A stretch of 52,898 nucleotides of DNA, taken from positions 1,193,676 to 1,246,573 of the forward strand of contig NC_068995.1 of assembly GCF_001194135.2 (NCBI RefSeq), in the 5' to 3' direction. Below the pieces are notes generated by a model that saw nothing but the letters and a program-made list of their open reading frames with translations, searched no databases and was not told the DNA's origin. Of this stretch, positions 1 through 10,015 are shown one piece after another (positions within the stretch are counted from its first letter, which is position 1; each line of letters begins with the position of its first letter). A program made the position numbers and the translations under genes. The DNA comes from Octopus bimaculoides (lineage: Eukaryota).

Positions 1-1041
1 ATATATATGGTTAACTACTGTAATTGATTTCCCCAAGGCCCTTCCACCAATTTCAGGCTTGTGCTTATGTTAGAAACAGTTGCAGGATTTTAAAGAACCT
101 GAGGTGGATTCACGACTATTTCATAAACTGGACAAATTGTATTTGGAAATTAAATTTGTTAAATCTTTTCATGCTGCTTCCTTTTGCTCTCCCTAAAAGA
201 AATTACACGTGAATAAAGATAATTATGTGTATGCATATCTGTGTGTGTGTATACATACATATCTATTATATATAAAAATAGAAAAAAGGATCTTAAGTGA
301 TGTATACATATATGTATGTACATGCATATATGTATATGTTTTTTTGCACACGTACGCACATACATAACTGTGAGAGCACATTTTGAAATGCTTGGAAGAT
401 CTCCCCCAATATGTGTTATGCTTTTACTCAATATCAAGTTGCAGACTCTAATCCCAGACCCTGGGCCATTCCACAGATCTGACTTTCGTCTCTTCACTTA
501 ATGTACATTGATTGTCATCAGTGAAGTGTGTAGGGCGAGGTATTGTCTGAATGAACAACAAAGGACTTCCAAAGCAGCAAACCAAAAATGGGAAAAGAGT
601 CTGGAATGCAAGACAAAAATAAAAGGACTACGTAAAATACAACCTAAAAATCTCAATGATAAATGTGAACGATTGTGAAGAACTGATGAATCATTTTGTT
701 GATAGAATGTAAGGGGTTTGAGAAGAGATAGAGTAAACATGTTGAAGAGTTGAGATGAGTCTTAAATACAGAGGCTCCACTGCAGAATTGCCTGAAAATC
801 TTAAATGATGGAAGGGTACGTGCTCACTCGTCTCTGTGTATATAAGTGTGAGAGTGAGACCCAATATAATAATAGGATGGAGAAAGTTCAGAGAGCTGTT
901 AGGAACCAAAGGTGTTTCTTTTCAAGTGAAAGGAAGAATTGTATGATGCATTTCTACGAACAGCAATGCTACATTGTATTGAGATGTGGGTTCTAAATGC
1001 AGAGAGGAGAGGAATAAAGCCAGCATGCTCCACTGGATATA

Positions 1042-2039
1042 TTGGGTTGGTAACGAAGTTCCCACCGTTTTTTTTAAAAGGTTTAACAAAAAAAAACAAC
1101 TAATTGATCAATAATGTATTCACCCTTGTTGTTTACAACTTCTTTTCAACAAGATTCTCAATACTTCATTGGTAAAAATCACCCGATTTCGACTTGAAAA
1201 ATTGATCCAGCCAAGCTCTCAATTCTGCATCAGTATTGAATGAAAATCCGCGCATAGCATTTGAAAGAGATCGAAAGAAGTGGAAATCCATTGGTGCCAA
1301 ATCAGGAGAGTGTGGCAGCACTTCCCAGCCATGCGTTTGAATGACTTCCTTGGTCATATTGGCGATATGAGTGCGGGCGTTGTCGTGCAGCAGAACTCCA
1401 TGCTGATGATTAGGTCTTTTCTCTTGAATCGCCATGTTGAGCGTAGAGTTCCGCGTTGACCGTTTGGTTCCGTTCAAGCAATTCGTAATGGATAATCCCT
1501 TCCCAGTTCCACCATACGCACAACATCGTTTTACGCAGATAAAGATCTTGTTTCACACCATTTTTCGTTGCCAGTAACAATTCGGTAAAGAAATCGTTGC
1601 ATGTGTCCATGAGTTGAGCGGTGACAAGCAAGCAAACCAGCGGAGATTGTGGCTCGTTGATTTTTGTTGTTCTCAACGGAACCCATGCTCCATACTTCTG
1701 AACCTTTCCCATCGAGTGAAGATGCTTCTCTATAGCAGTTTGGGAGCATTCCATTTTCTCTGCCAGTTCCCTTGTTGTTTGACGAGAATTTTCGTGCAAA
1801 AGTTGGTTTAATCTCTCTTCATCGAACTCAACTGGACGGCCAGAATGAGGTGTGTCTTTGAAGTCAAAATTTTCACTTTTGAACTTGGCATACCAATTAT
1901 GAGCGGTTCTTTCAGCTATGGCACCCTCTCCATACACAGCACAAATGTCGCGAGCAGCTTTTGTGGCCTTAGAACCTTGATTAAAAGCAAAAACAAGGAG
2001 GTGTTGAAAATGCTCATTTTTCTTAACTTGACATTCCAT
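1042..2039 (-). mobile_element. Degenerate mariner (DD34D-type) transposon: frameshifted transposase plus one recognisable terminal inverted repeat
   Basis: ATG at 2039 (MECQVKKNEHFQHLL...), HTH region with SGRP, WVP, IVTGNEKW (first catalytic D reads N), HDNARTH, HSPDLAPMDFHFF, C-terminal VNNKGEYIID; spread over several frames. A mariner-like end (TA)TTGGGTTGGTAACGAAGTTCCC starts at 1040-1042. No matching second TIR seen. Confidence 0.92.
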
Positions 2040-3681
2040 ATTAACGATCTGAAAATAAACAAAAATCAACTAGAAAAAAAAAGATTCCAAAATGATTCAA
2101 AAATAGAATTCTAGATTCCAAAATTTAAAAACACTAAGACTAATTTTGAGAGGGTGTTTAATGATGCAGCCCTTTTCTGTGACCGGTTCATTTATTGTAT
2201 TCACCCTATTTACATGTGTGTGTGTGTGTATATACAAGCACACATATTCATAGCCTCTAATCAGTTGTTGAATAATGTCAATGTTTCACAATGAAATTGT
2301 CACAATCTGTTGGTAACGCGTTCTCTAAAGAATGGCTGTTTGCAACTGCTAAACCGTTGCACACACACACACTCAAATTCTCATTCATTGATTCTATGCA
2401 TTTTTATGAAAACACTTTATACAAAGAATGATATTTGACGTATCAGTCACACAACCAGAGAGTTTCTACAGCTACTACTGCTGCTGCTGTTACCGATGCT
2501 GCGGATGGGCGCCACCCATTCTCACAGATAAGCACAAGAATTCAGATAAGATTTCAGTCCCTTTTTGAAGTCACGGCCCTGCGTCATAAAGATTGTTAAT
2601 AGCTCTTGAAAAATGGCATCAACGTTGCCAACACTCCCCCCCACTCTCATCTTTTGTTTACTGCAGCACTGTATGAAACTAAATATATATGCATGTTAGA
2701 AAGGCAGCAGGTTGGCCAAAATAGTGCTCATGTCCGACTAAAATGTAAACGTATGTCTATGTAATTTTATATATATCGGATATATATATATAATGAAAAC
2801 TGTGTTTGTCTTGGATCTGATTTGAAAATGAGTTTAATTCCAGCTGATGTCAACTACTTTCATCAAATGGGTAGAAAAAGAGGAAAATTAAAAATAATGT
2901 GTACCAGTAATATACCATGGCTGATGAAATGCTTTGTCCTTCTGTTGAGAAGGGGAGAAAGAATAATAAAAGGAAAGAAAAAAAAAACATATGCGTATGC
3001 ATGAACGAAGAGAGAAATAGATGAACATCACTAAATCTCATTGACTCCTCTTCTTCTTTCTAAATTTGAGGCCTTTGTGCCATTTCTGTAATAAATTTAT
3101 GATATTTCACTATATTGGATTATGTCACATGGAATTTGGTTGTTTATTCCTAGTGTGTGTGTGTGTGTATATACATGCAACCATACAATGTGTGTTTATG
3201 TATTTTGCGTATTTATATTTACTTTAACATCATATTTTATTTACTTCTTAGCAACGACTGCAGCAGGTAAAGGGAGGTAACGTAAATAGTCTAAAAGAGT
3301 GCTCTCCCTTGTTTGTGGATATTTTTTTTGTCTACTTAAGCATTTATTTCTTAATTTCTTCATTAGAAACAAAACTAATTAGATGCAGCAAAGGAGAGTT
3401 TACCCTAGTATATTACTGGTACTTGTTTTACCGATTCATCAAAGTCTGATATACGAGAGAACTCATTAAGTGGACTTCACCAACCGCTCTGAGTTGTTGC
3501 TTCATAGGAAAAGACAGACGCACGGTTTACCTTAATGTTTGTTTTTATGTTTAATTAGGATTAAAAAAAAATTTTTTAAACAATTTTACGTTAATCAGAA
3601 GGGTTGCTCTATACTTCTGTAGAGTAAAAATTTATTATTCTTTAACGAGAATAATGTTGATAGCGAATTCGAAGTTTCGGC

Positions 3682-3722
3682 AGTCTGACGATGACTCAAC
3701 AGGGCGAAACCTTGAAGTCACT
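3682..3722 (+). ncRNA. Minimal type I hammerhead-ribozyme-like motif (Penelope-type)
   Basis: AGT-CTGACGA-T-GACTCAACAGGGC-GAAAC-CTTGAA-GTC-ACT. Core CUGANGA (3685-3691), GAAA (3706-3709) and GUC triplet (3717-3719) present; stem I AGT/ACT 3 bp; stem II imperfect; stem III 2 bp. Confidence 0.55.
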
Positions 3723-3808
3723 ATTAACATTCCACAGTTTCCGGGGGTCCATACCATTCGTGGCACCCCCACCAGTCTCCAAATTCATTAGTGTAGCCGT
3801 GCACGTAA

Positions 3809-4080
3809 ACGGTACCATCCGAACGTGGCCGATGCCAGCGCCACCTTGACTGGCTTCCGTGCCAGTGGAACGTCAAAACCAACAACCGATCGTGGTCGTT
3901 GCCACGTAAAAAAGCACCCACTACACTCTCGGAGTGGTTGGCATTAGGAAGGGCATCCAGCTGTGGAAACACTGCCAGATCAGACTGGAGCCTGGTGCAG
4001 CCTCCTGGCTTCCCAGACCCCAGTTGAACCATCCAACCCATGCCAGCATGGAAAACTGACATTAAACGATGATGATGATA
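3809..4080 (+). mobile_element. SINE / RTE-tail-type repeat (AGGAAGGGCATCCAGC core, (GAT)n tail)
   Basis: Same core and CCCATGCCAGCATGGAAA...(GAT)n tail recur at ~6200-6350 (-), 13100-13390 (+), 24910-25010 (-) and 43545-43798 (-). Confidence 0.75.
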
Positions 4081-4394
4081 TAATAGTAATATATATATAT
4101 ATACACACACATGCATATATGGATACAGGACATCACCAACGGTGCAAATAACAAGAAATACGTAAACAACAAGAAAAAATGGAAAAAGAACAAATAAACA
4201 GAGAGAAAGGACCCTTCATCAGATGTGGTCTGTCTCTCTACTCCTCATTTCGAAACCTTGTAGATTTCAGCTGCAATGTTAAACTCCTACCATTGTATGT
4301 AGAGAGAGGCAGTTAAACGTGAGTTGTGAAGAGTAATACAAAGACCACAGCAATAATAAGAGGAAAAAGACCAGGGACATTGACTCGATACTCT

Positions 4395-4400
4395 TTTATT
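4395..4400 (-). terminator. Candidate polyadenylation signal (AATAAA) for PPCDC
   Basis: TTTATT on + strand, about 400 nt past the PPCDC stop codon; no transcript evidence. Confidence 0.25.
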
Positions 4401-4522
4401 CCATCTGTTTACACATGTTTCAGCATTCTTGAATCCATGATGTCACACCACAGACATAATCAGATCAGATGATGCTTCCAATTGAAACAGCATTGTGAGC
4501 AAACACATCATCAGACAATGGA

Positions 4523-4669
4523 CTTCTTTCAGTTTCTGTTTACTAAATCCACTCACAAGGCTTTGGTCAACTGGAGCTACAGTAAAAGACACTTGCCAAA
4601 GGTGCCCTGCAATGGGACTGAACCCAAGACTCCATGGTTTAGAAGCAAATTTCTTAACCACGCAGCTAT
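4523..4669 (-). mobile_element. tRNA-headed SINE (head plus conserved central domain)
   Basis: Minus strand reads GCGTGGTTAAG (A-box-like) ... GGTTCAGTCCC (B-box-like) ... GACCAAAGCCTTGTGAGTGGATTT...GAAACTGAAAGAAG. Further copies at ~18890-19010, 24715-24890, 31970-32125 and 35745-35890. Confidence 0.8.
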
Positions 4670-4804
4670 ATCTGCACCTATTTCACAGAGAAATGTCAAG
4701 GAATTCGATTATGAAATATTTTGTTTGAGGAAAAAAAATTCTTGATCATAATGGAAGTTAATGAAATTGTTAATTGAATTATTAATTATTGGAATAGTTT
4801 TGTG

Positions 4805-4944
4805 TCAGCTTTGCAATTCAGTTTCCAGAGACTCTTTAACTTCTGCTTTGGTTTCAGCACCTTCACTGTGGCCATGCTGGAGCACTGCTATGTATTCCAC
4901 TATTTTCTCAACAATAGTCTCCACTGAAGCCATTGCACCCATTC
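4805..4944 (-). CDS. PPCDC: PPCDC coding exon 5 (last): (G)MGAMASVETIVEKIVEYIAVLQHGHSEGAETKAEVKESLETELQS*
   Basis: Acceptor tttgaaacAG at 4945-4946; phase 1 matches exon 4; GxGAMA motif; TGA at 4805-4807. Confidence 0.9.
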
Positions 4945-5621
4945 CTGTTTCAAATACAAACAATTATAATCATCATCATCATCATCATCATCATCATGTT
5001 AACATCCACTTTTCTTTCCTTTCATGGGTCACATGGAATTTATTGAGGCAGGTTTTCTACAGCTGGATGTCCTTTCTGTTGCCAACTTTCACCTGTTTCC
5101 AAGCAAAGTAATATTTGCCCATGGCCAGACATGTTTTTGCAGAATATTGGAAAGGAATGACACTGCCTGTATAACAGTGGTACTCATTTACAACTTTCAT
5201 GTGATGTCAAGTCAAGGAGGCACAAACGCACACACACATACATGCATCTACACAAATGATAAGCTTCCTTCTGTTTCTCTCTACCAAATCAACTCCCAAG
5301 GTTTCGGTCACACCAGAGCTATAGATATTTACCCATGACGCCATGGAATGGAACTGTACGTAAGATCACACTGTCATAAAACAAGTTGCTCAACCATACA
5401 GCCACACCTGCACTAACAGATACACGCACACATGCATGTGTGTGTGTATGTATGCTTGCATGTGTGTATGCATGTATGTGTGTGTGTGTGTATATGTGTT
5501 TCACTTTCTCCCCTTCACACTTTCAGTCTTTTCTTCCCTAATATTTTGCCCCCTTTTTTTGTGTAATTCCAGAATGCTACCCAGAATATGTGATCCCAAA
5601 AGTACACATTCAGATCCTTAC

Positions 5622-5790
5622 CTACATCAGCACAGGCCAACTTTCGAGCAACACAGGGTATTTCTATATACCCGAATCCTGTCAAGGATTCTATTTGTTT
5701 CTTTGTGATTACATGTTCCCACATCAGGGTATTCATGGCAGGAGCAAATAAGAGGGGTTTCTTCTGATCCCAGGCTCGTACAATACATGT
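5622..5790 (-). CDS. PPCDC: PPCDC coding exon 4: TCIVRAWDQKKPLLFAPAMNTLMWEH...IPCVARKLACADV(G)
   Basis: AG acceptor 5791-5792, GTAAG donor at 5621; PAMNxxMW motif and catalytic-Cys loop KLAC of HFCD-family decarboxylases. Confidence 0.96.
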
Positions 5791-5943
5791 CTGTAAAATA
5801 CAGATGGTACCTGAATTAATATCACAAACTGGAATACAGTGTGTATAATATATATATAGAGAGATAGATAGGTAGATATATTTCATCTACAATTAGAACT
5901 CAACAACAACAGCAACAACAACTACTAGATTTATTTCACTGAC

Positions 5944-6069
5944 CAGCAGGTTATCACAAAGTCCATTGGCTATTTTGGCCAGAGTATTGGCATCGAGAGG
6001 ACAAATGACCATAATATCAGCCCAGCGCCGTAGTTCGATGTGTAAGATAGGGTCACCTATATTGTTCCA
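5944..6069 (-). CDS. PPCDC: PPCDC coding exon 3: WNNIGDPILHIELRRWADIMVICPLDANTLAKIANGLCDNLL
   Basis: Acceptor ttattccAG, donor GTCAGT; LHIELRRWAD (catalytic His) and PLxANTLAKIAxGLCDNLL signatures. Confidence 0.96.
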
Positions 6070-6624
6070 CTGGAATAAAATTGGTAAAAAACATTTCGAT
6101 GAGACATCAGAGAGATGAACTGGTTGAACATATATAATATATGTGTGTGTGTGTGTGTGTTTCATTTTACATATGTATATATATAGACATGGTCGTCATC
6201 GTCATCATTTGACGTCTGTTTTCCATGCTGGCATAGGTTAGATGGCTTAACAGGAGCTGCACCAGGCTTCACTTGTCTGTTGTGGCAAGGTTTCTATGGC
6301 TGGATGCCCCTCCTACTGAGTGTGGACTGGGTGCTTTATTCACGGCACCAGCAAGAGTGTGAAGGCACAAAGACATTTTGATAAAGAGACAGGGAGAAAA
6401 AAGGAGATATACTGAGAGAGAGAGAGAGAGGGGGGGGGAGACATATTGATGGAAAACCAGTGAAGGAGAAATATTACTAGAGATGTGGAACCAGGTAAAT
6501 ATTTTGGTAGAGAGACAAATGAAGAGAGATGTATTGTATATGGATAGAGAGAAAAGGAAGACAAATGGAAAGAGAGACAGTTATTGGTAGAGAGAGAGAG
6601 AGAGAGAATAAGAGACAAACTCAC

Positions 6625-6720
6625 CTTCCATTCATCTTCATCTTGGTAAATATTCACATTTACAGCATTGGTATCGAAGAAAAACAATGAATTTTTCGTG
6701 ACAACAAGTTGGATTTCAAA
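6625..6720 (-). CDS. PPCDC: PPCDC coding exon 2: FEIQLVVTKNSLFFFDTNAVNVNIYQDEDEWK
   Basis: Acceptor ttttcttttgtAG, donor GTGAGT; 96 nt, phase 0/0; matches the VVT..x..F / YxDxDEW segment. Confidence 0.92.
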
Positions 6721-8459
6721 CTACAAAAGAAAACAAATACTTTTATCATTCAAGAGTGAAGAAAGGGCAATCATCCTGGACTAACATATAATCATCATCA
6801 CCAATCTCATTTAATATTCACTTTTCCATGCTTGAATCGCTCAGACAAAATTTGTCGAGGTGGATTTTCCTACAACCAGATACACTCTTCTTGTTTCCAA
6901 GTATGACAACATTTCTCAAAGGCCAGACATAGAAATGGAGGACACAGCTCGTACTATAGTGACTCTCACATACAACCAACAAATTCAGCAGGGCACTAAA
7001 CTGTAATTATGCCAAAAAAAAAAAAAACCTTTCGTAACTAATCCAAGGGACATAATTACATCCTAATACAGTCGGTCAAATAAATAACGAGGTCACAATT
7101 GATTCCACACCGATTGAGAGAAAGAACCGTGTTTCATTCGAGTTTTTTTTTAATTTAATTTTTATCAAGTAATTAATTAAAGGAAGAACGACTGCGCCTC
7201 ATGACCTTTCTCGGGGCCTCTGAGCCTGGTTTGTGAACGTTATCCTTAGGCGGTCCAAATGTTTCCAATAGATTAAAACCTGCTACGGTAACCCTCTGGG
7301 GCCCAAAGAATGTTGGTGTTAAACAGACCTGATCCAGCAAGCCTCTGAACACCAAACACAATGTACCTCAACCATGGCTCTTTTACTCTTCACTTTTCTT
7401 TCTTCTGTTTTTATTTTTTCTCTCCCTACGTATTTTGTCAGCTGTTTTTCTTTACTCGATTTTGTATGTCTGCTTTCTGTCTCTTCTTTAGAAACTTACT
7501 CGGCGAGTTTCCCTGCAACTCAGCAGTTTACCACAAGCTCATTATTATTACTATTGTCGACGTCACAGAATCGTGAGTGCGTCGGACAAATGCTTGGCAG
7601 CATTTCACTCTTTACCTTCAATGTTCAAGTCAATATCATCGCATATTTTACTTCCAACCCAATTCCTTGCCCTCTCCTTCTTTAGCGACGGTTATTCCAA
7701 AATTGCACTGAAATTTCTTTGCCACAATATTAATTCTCTAACAAGCTTTACATGAGACCCACAGTGAAGTACTTCTCCCCCATATCAAGGACAGTTCAGC
7801 TGTTGTACACACAGACATCTCTGAGCAGATATTGTCACTCACAAGCAAGCTCCAGCCCTGTGGCCTCTGCTCCTCAAAGTTCATCTTGTACCGCTTCCAC
7901 TCAAGAAATTCCAACTTCATTCGTCTCTCTTCTTCTCACCCCACATCTTAATGTCCACCCGATAACAACCCTGTCCAGTCCTTCCTCAGTAGAACGTCGA
8001 CCCTCTGTAATTTTCCCCCCTTGTTATGTTGTCGACATGCAACATTTGGCGAAAGTGAAGAATACACACACCCGGCGTTTACGCTTAGCATTTTTGTTAA
8101 ACACCAAAAACGGGTGGTGTACATGTTCTTTACCTGCACCCAAGGAGTTTAAATGGGTCATTAACGGCATCAGTCTTGCCAATTTTGGACGGAATGTGAA
8201 GGAGAGAAGCCACTCCGCTCGTCTTCCTCTGGACCCGGCAACTGAGGAACAATGGGTCAAACCCTTTAGTTTGACCTTAATTTCTACTGTACTAAATATG
8301 TGTTGTGCCTTAAATACGCAAAGATAAATACATTTATAAATAAATATAAAATTTAGAATAGGATAAAATGTTTATAAGAATTTACGAAGTAGTCAGCGTG
8401 AAAACCTCATAACGGAAACATTTATAATTATTCCCTTTAAATATATTTATTTATATTAA

Positions 8460-8651
8460 GGGCATTACTACACGTAAATGCCTCACGCTATGAGGGACTC
8501 TTAAAGTCAAAACTACCAAAATAAATACACAATGTACCGAACGTGAGGAAATGCAACTTTTGAAGCCAATCCCTTAAAAACAGATTTATTCTGGTAGTTT
8601 TGACTTTAAGAGTCCCCCAATAGAGTGAGGCATTTACGTGTAGTAATGCCC
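8460..8651. mobile_element. 192-bp MITE with ~67-bp terminal inverted repeats, flanked by TTAA on both sides (Kolobok-like) or TA
   Basis: Left arm 8460-8526 (GGGCATTACTACACGTAAATGCCTCAC...) is the reverse complement of 8584-8651 with 3 mismatches and 1 indel; TTAA at 8456-8459 and 8652-8655. Confidence 0.85.
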
Positions 8652-8861
8652 TTAATACGAATAAATAGATAGACAGGTAGGCGGATATGTATGTATGTGT
8701 ACATTGCAGTACGAATTTAATACTAAAACATATATCTGGACAGGTGTGCGCAAAATAAATCACAAAATACGTTTTATATATATATATATGAAACAGACAA
8801 ACGCACGTGTGTGTGTGTGCAACTGGTAGAGTTTATGTGAAGAGTTGTTTAGAAAACTTAC

Positions 8862-8960
8862 TGCCGGGTTAGTTTGCTGTAGTTGTTTTATAAGAAGAGG
8901 AATCTTCACTGCAGCTACACTGCCTGTACAAGCAATTAACACATGGCTTCTGGTCGCCAT
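8862..8960 (-). CDS. PPCDC: PPCDC coding exon 1: MATRSHVLIACTGSVAAVKIPLLIKQLQQTNPA
   Basis: Kozak-like aagATGG at 8960, TGSVAAxK FMN-binding motif, GTAAG donor at 8861. The ORF track's earlier start at 8975 is a GTG. Confidence 0.94.
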
Positions 8961-8994
8961 CTTCACATCTTTCACCCTTTCCCTCTCTATGTCA

Positions 8995-9240
8995 CTCTCT
9001 CACTATTTCCCTATTTCTCTCTCTCACTTTCTCGTCCGCTATCTTCCACCCTTTCTCCCCTCTCTCTCTCACACTCACTATTTCCCTATTTCTTTCGCTC
9101 TCTCTTCACTTGTTTCTCACTTTCTCATCCGCTATCTTCCACCCTTTCATTCTCTCTCTCTCTCTCTCTCCCACTCACTATTTACCTATTTCTCTCGCTC
9201 TCTCTCACCCTTTTTCTCTCTCTTCTTCTCTTAGCATTTC
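8995..9240. repeat. CT/GA-rich degenerate tandem repeat (3 units, core CTCACTATTT[C/A]CCTATTTCT) just upstream of the PPCDC ATG
   Basis: Core seen at ~8999, ~9075 and ~9175; CCGCTATCTTCCACCCTTTC occurs twice. Confidence 0.75.
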
Positions 9241-9249
9241 TCTCTCTCA

Positions 9250-9521
9250 TTGTTGTATTTCGGGACGGTCGTGTTGCCAGTTTAGTCAATAAAAACACAC
9301 GTACTATATATTGGGTGTTAATTTGCTTCAGCTTTATTTTATTTTTTACATTAATCGTATTTCGGCCAGAGTTCTTTCGTCACACTTCTGTGACCTCGTC
9401 AGTGGTCCTTTACTTCCTTCTTTCTTATTTGTGTGTCTCTCCTTACTAACGATCAACCATTTTGTATTCCTATTGTATGTGTCTTTATTTGCGCATGCGT
9501 ATACCTCTATGTTTAGTAAGT
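9250..9521. promoter_or_regulatory. Candidate PPCDC promoter, possibly bidirectional
   Basis: Locally CpG-containing unique sequence; CGTCA half-CRE motifs (~9378-9401); NRF1-like GCGCATGCGT at 9491-9500; plus-strand GTAAGT at 9516-9521. Confidence 0.35.
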
Positions 9522-10015
9522 GCGTGTGTGTAGGGGGGGTGCCTGTATTATTTGTGTCCCCTTTTTACACACGTTCGTTTAATTTGTTTTTATTTATTTT
9601 TGTTCATGTGTTTATACCTACTTATTACTTTTTTTCTATTCTTTCTTTTTTTTGTATTTAATTTAATTTAATTTATATAGATATAAATATTTATATCTAT
9701 AACGTATATAGATATAAATATTTTGTCCTTAAATCAAACTTGGGATCTCATTATGTGAAGTAAACTTGTTACCATTTAAATAAATAAAATAATAAAACAT
9801 CAAATAACTGTTATGAACGGGGATGGCTGTGTGGTTAGAAAGCTTGCTTCTCAACCATGTGGGTACAGGTTCAGTCCTATTGCATGGCACCTTAAGTATG
9901 TATGTATTGTATCTGATTTGATAAATGATACTTTCACACTTGTGCCAAAAATGGTAATTCCTAATTGTTTGAAATTATCTTTCTTTGTCTTAAAATTATG
10001 TACATTATTTATATA

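Noticed and set aside
1113-2206. TGTATTCACCC at both ends of the mariner region, as a possible terminal repeat
   Set aside because: The two copies are in direct orientation and the left one is the transposase GEY codons; coincidence.
4200-4275. Minus-strand GTTTCG...CTGATGA resembling a third hammerhead
   Set aside because: No stem II-GAAA follows CTGATGA in any permutation I could pair; at most a decayed Penelope-like end.
7752-8327. 191-aa plus-strand ORF antisense in PPCDC intron 1
   Set aside because: No recognisable domain, Ser/Thr/Pro-biased, no clear splice or Kozak support, next to SINE-derived sequence.
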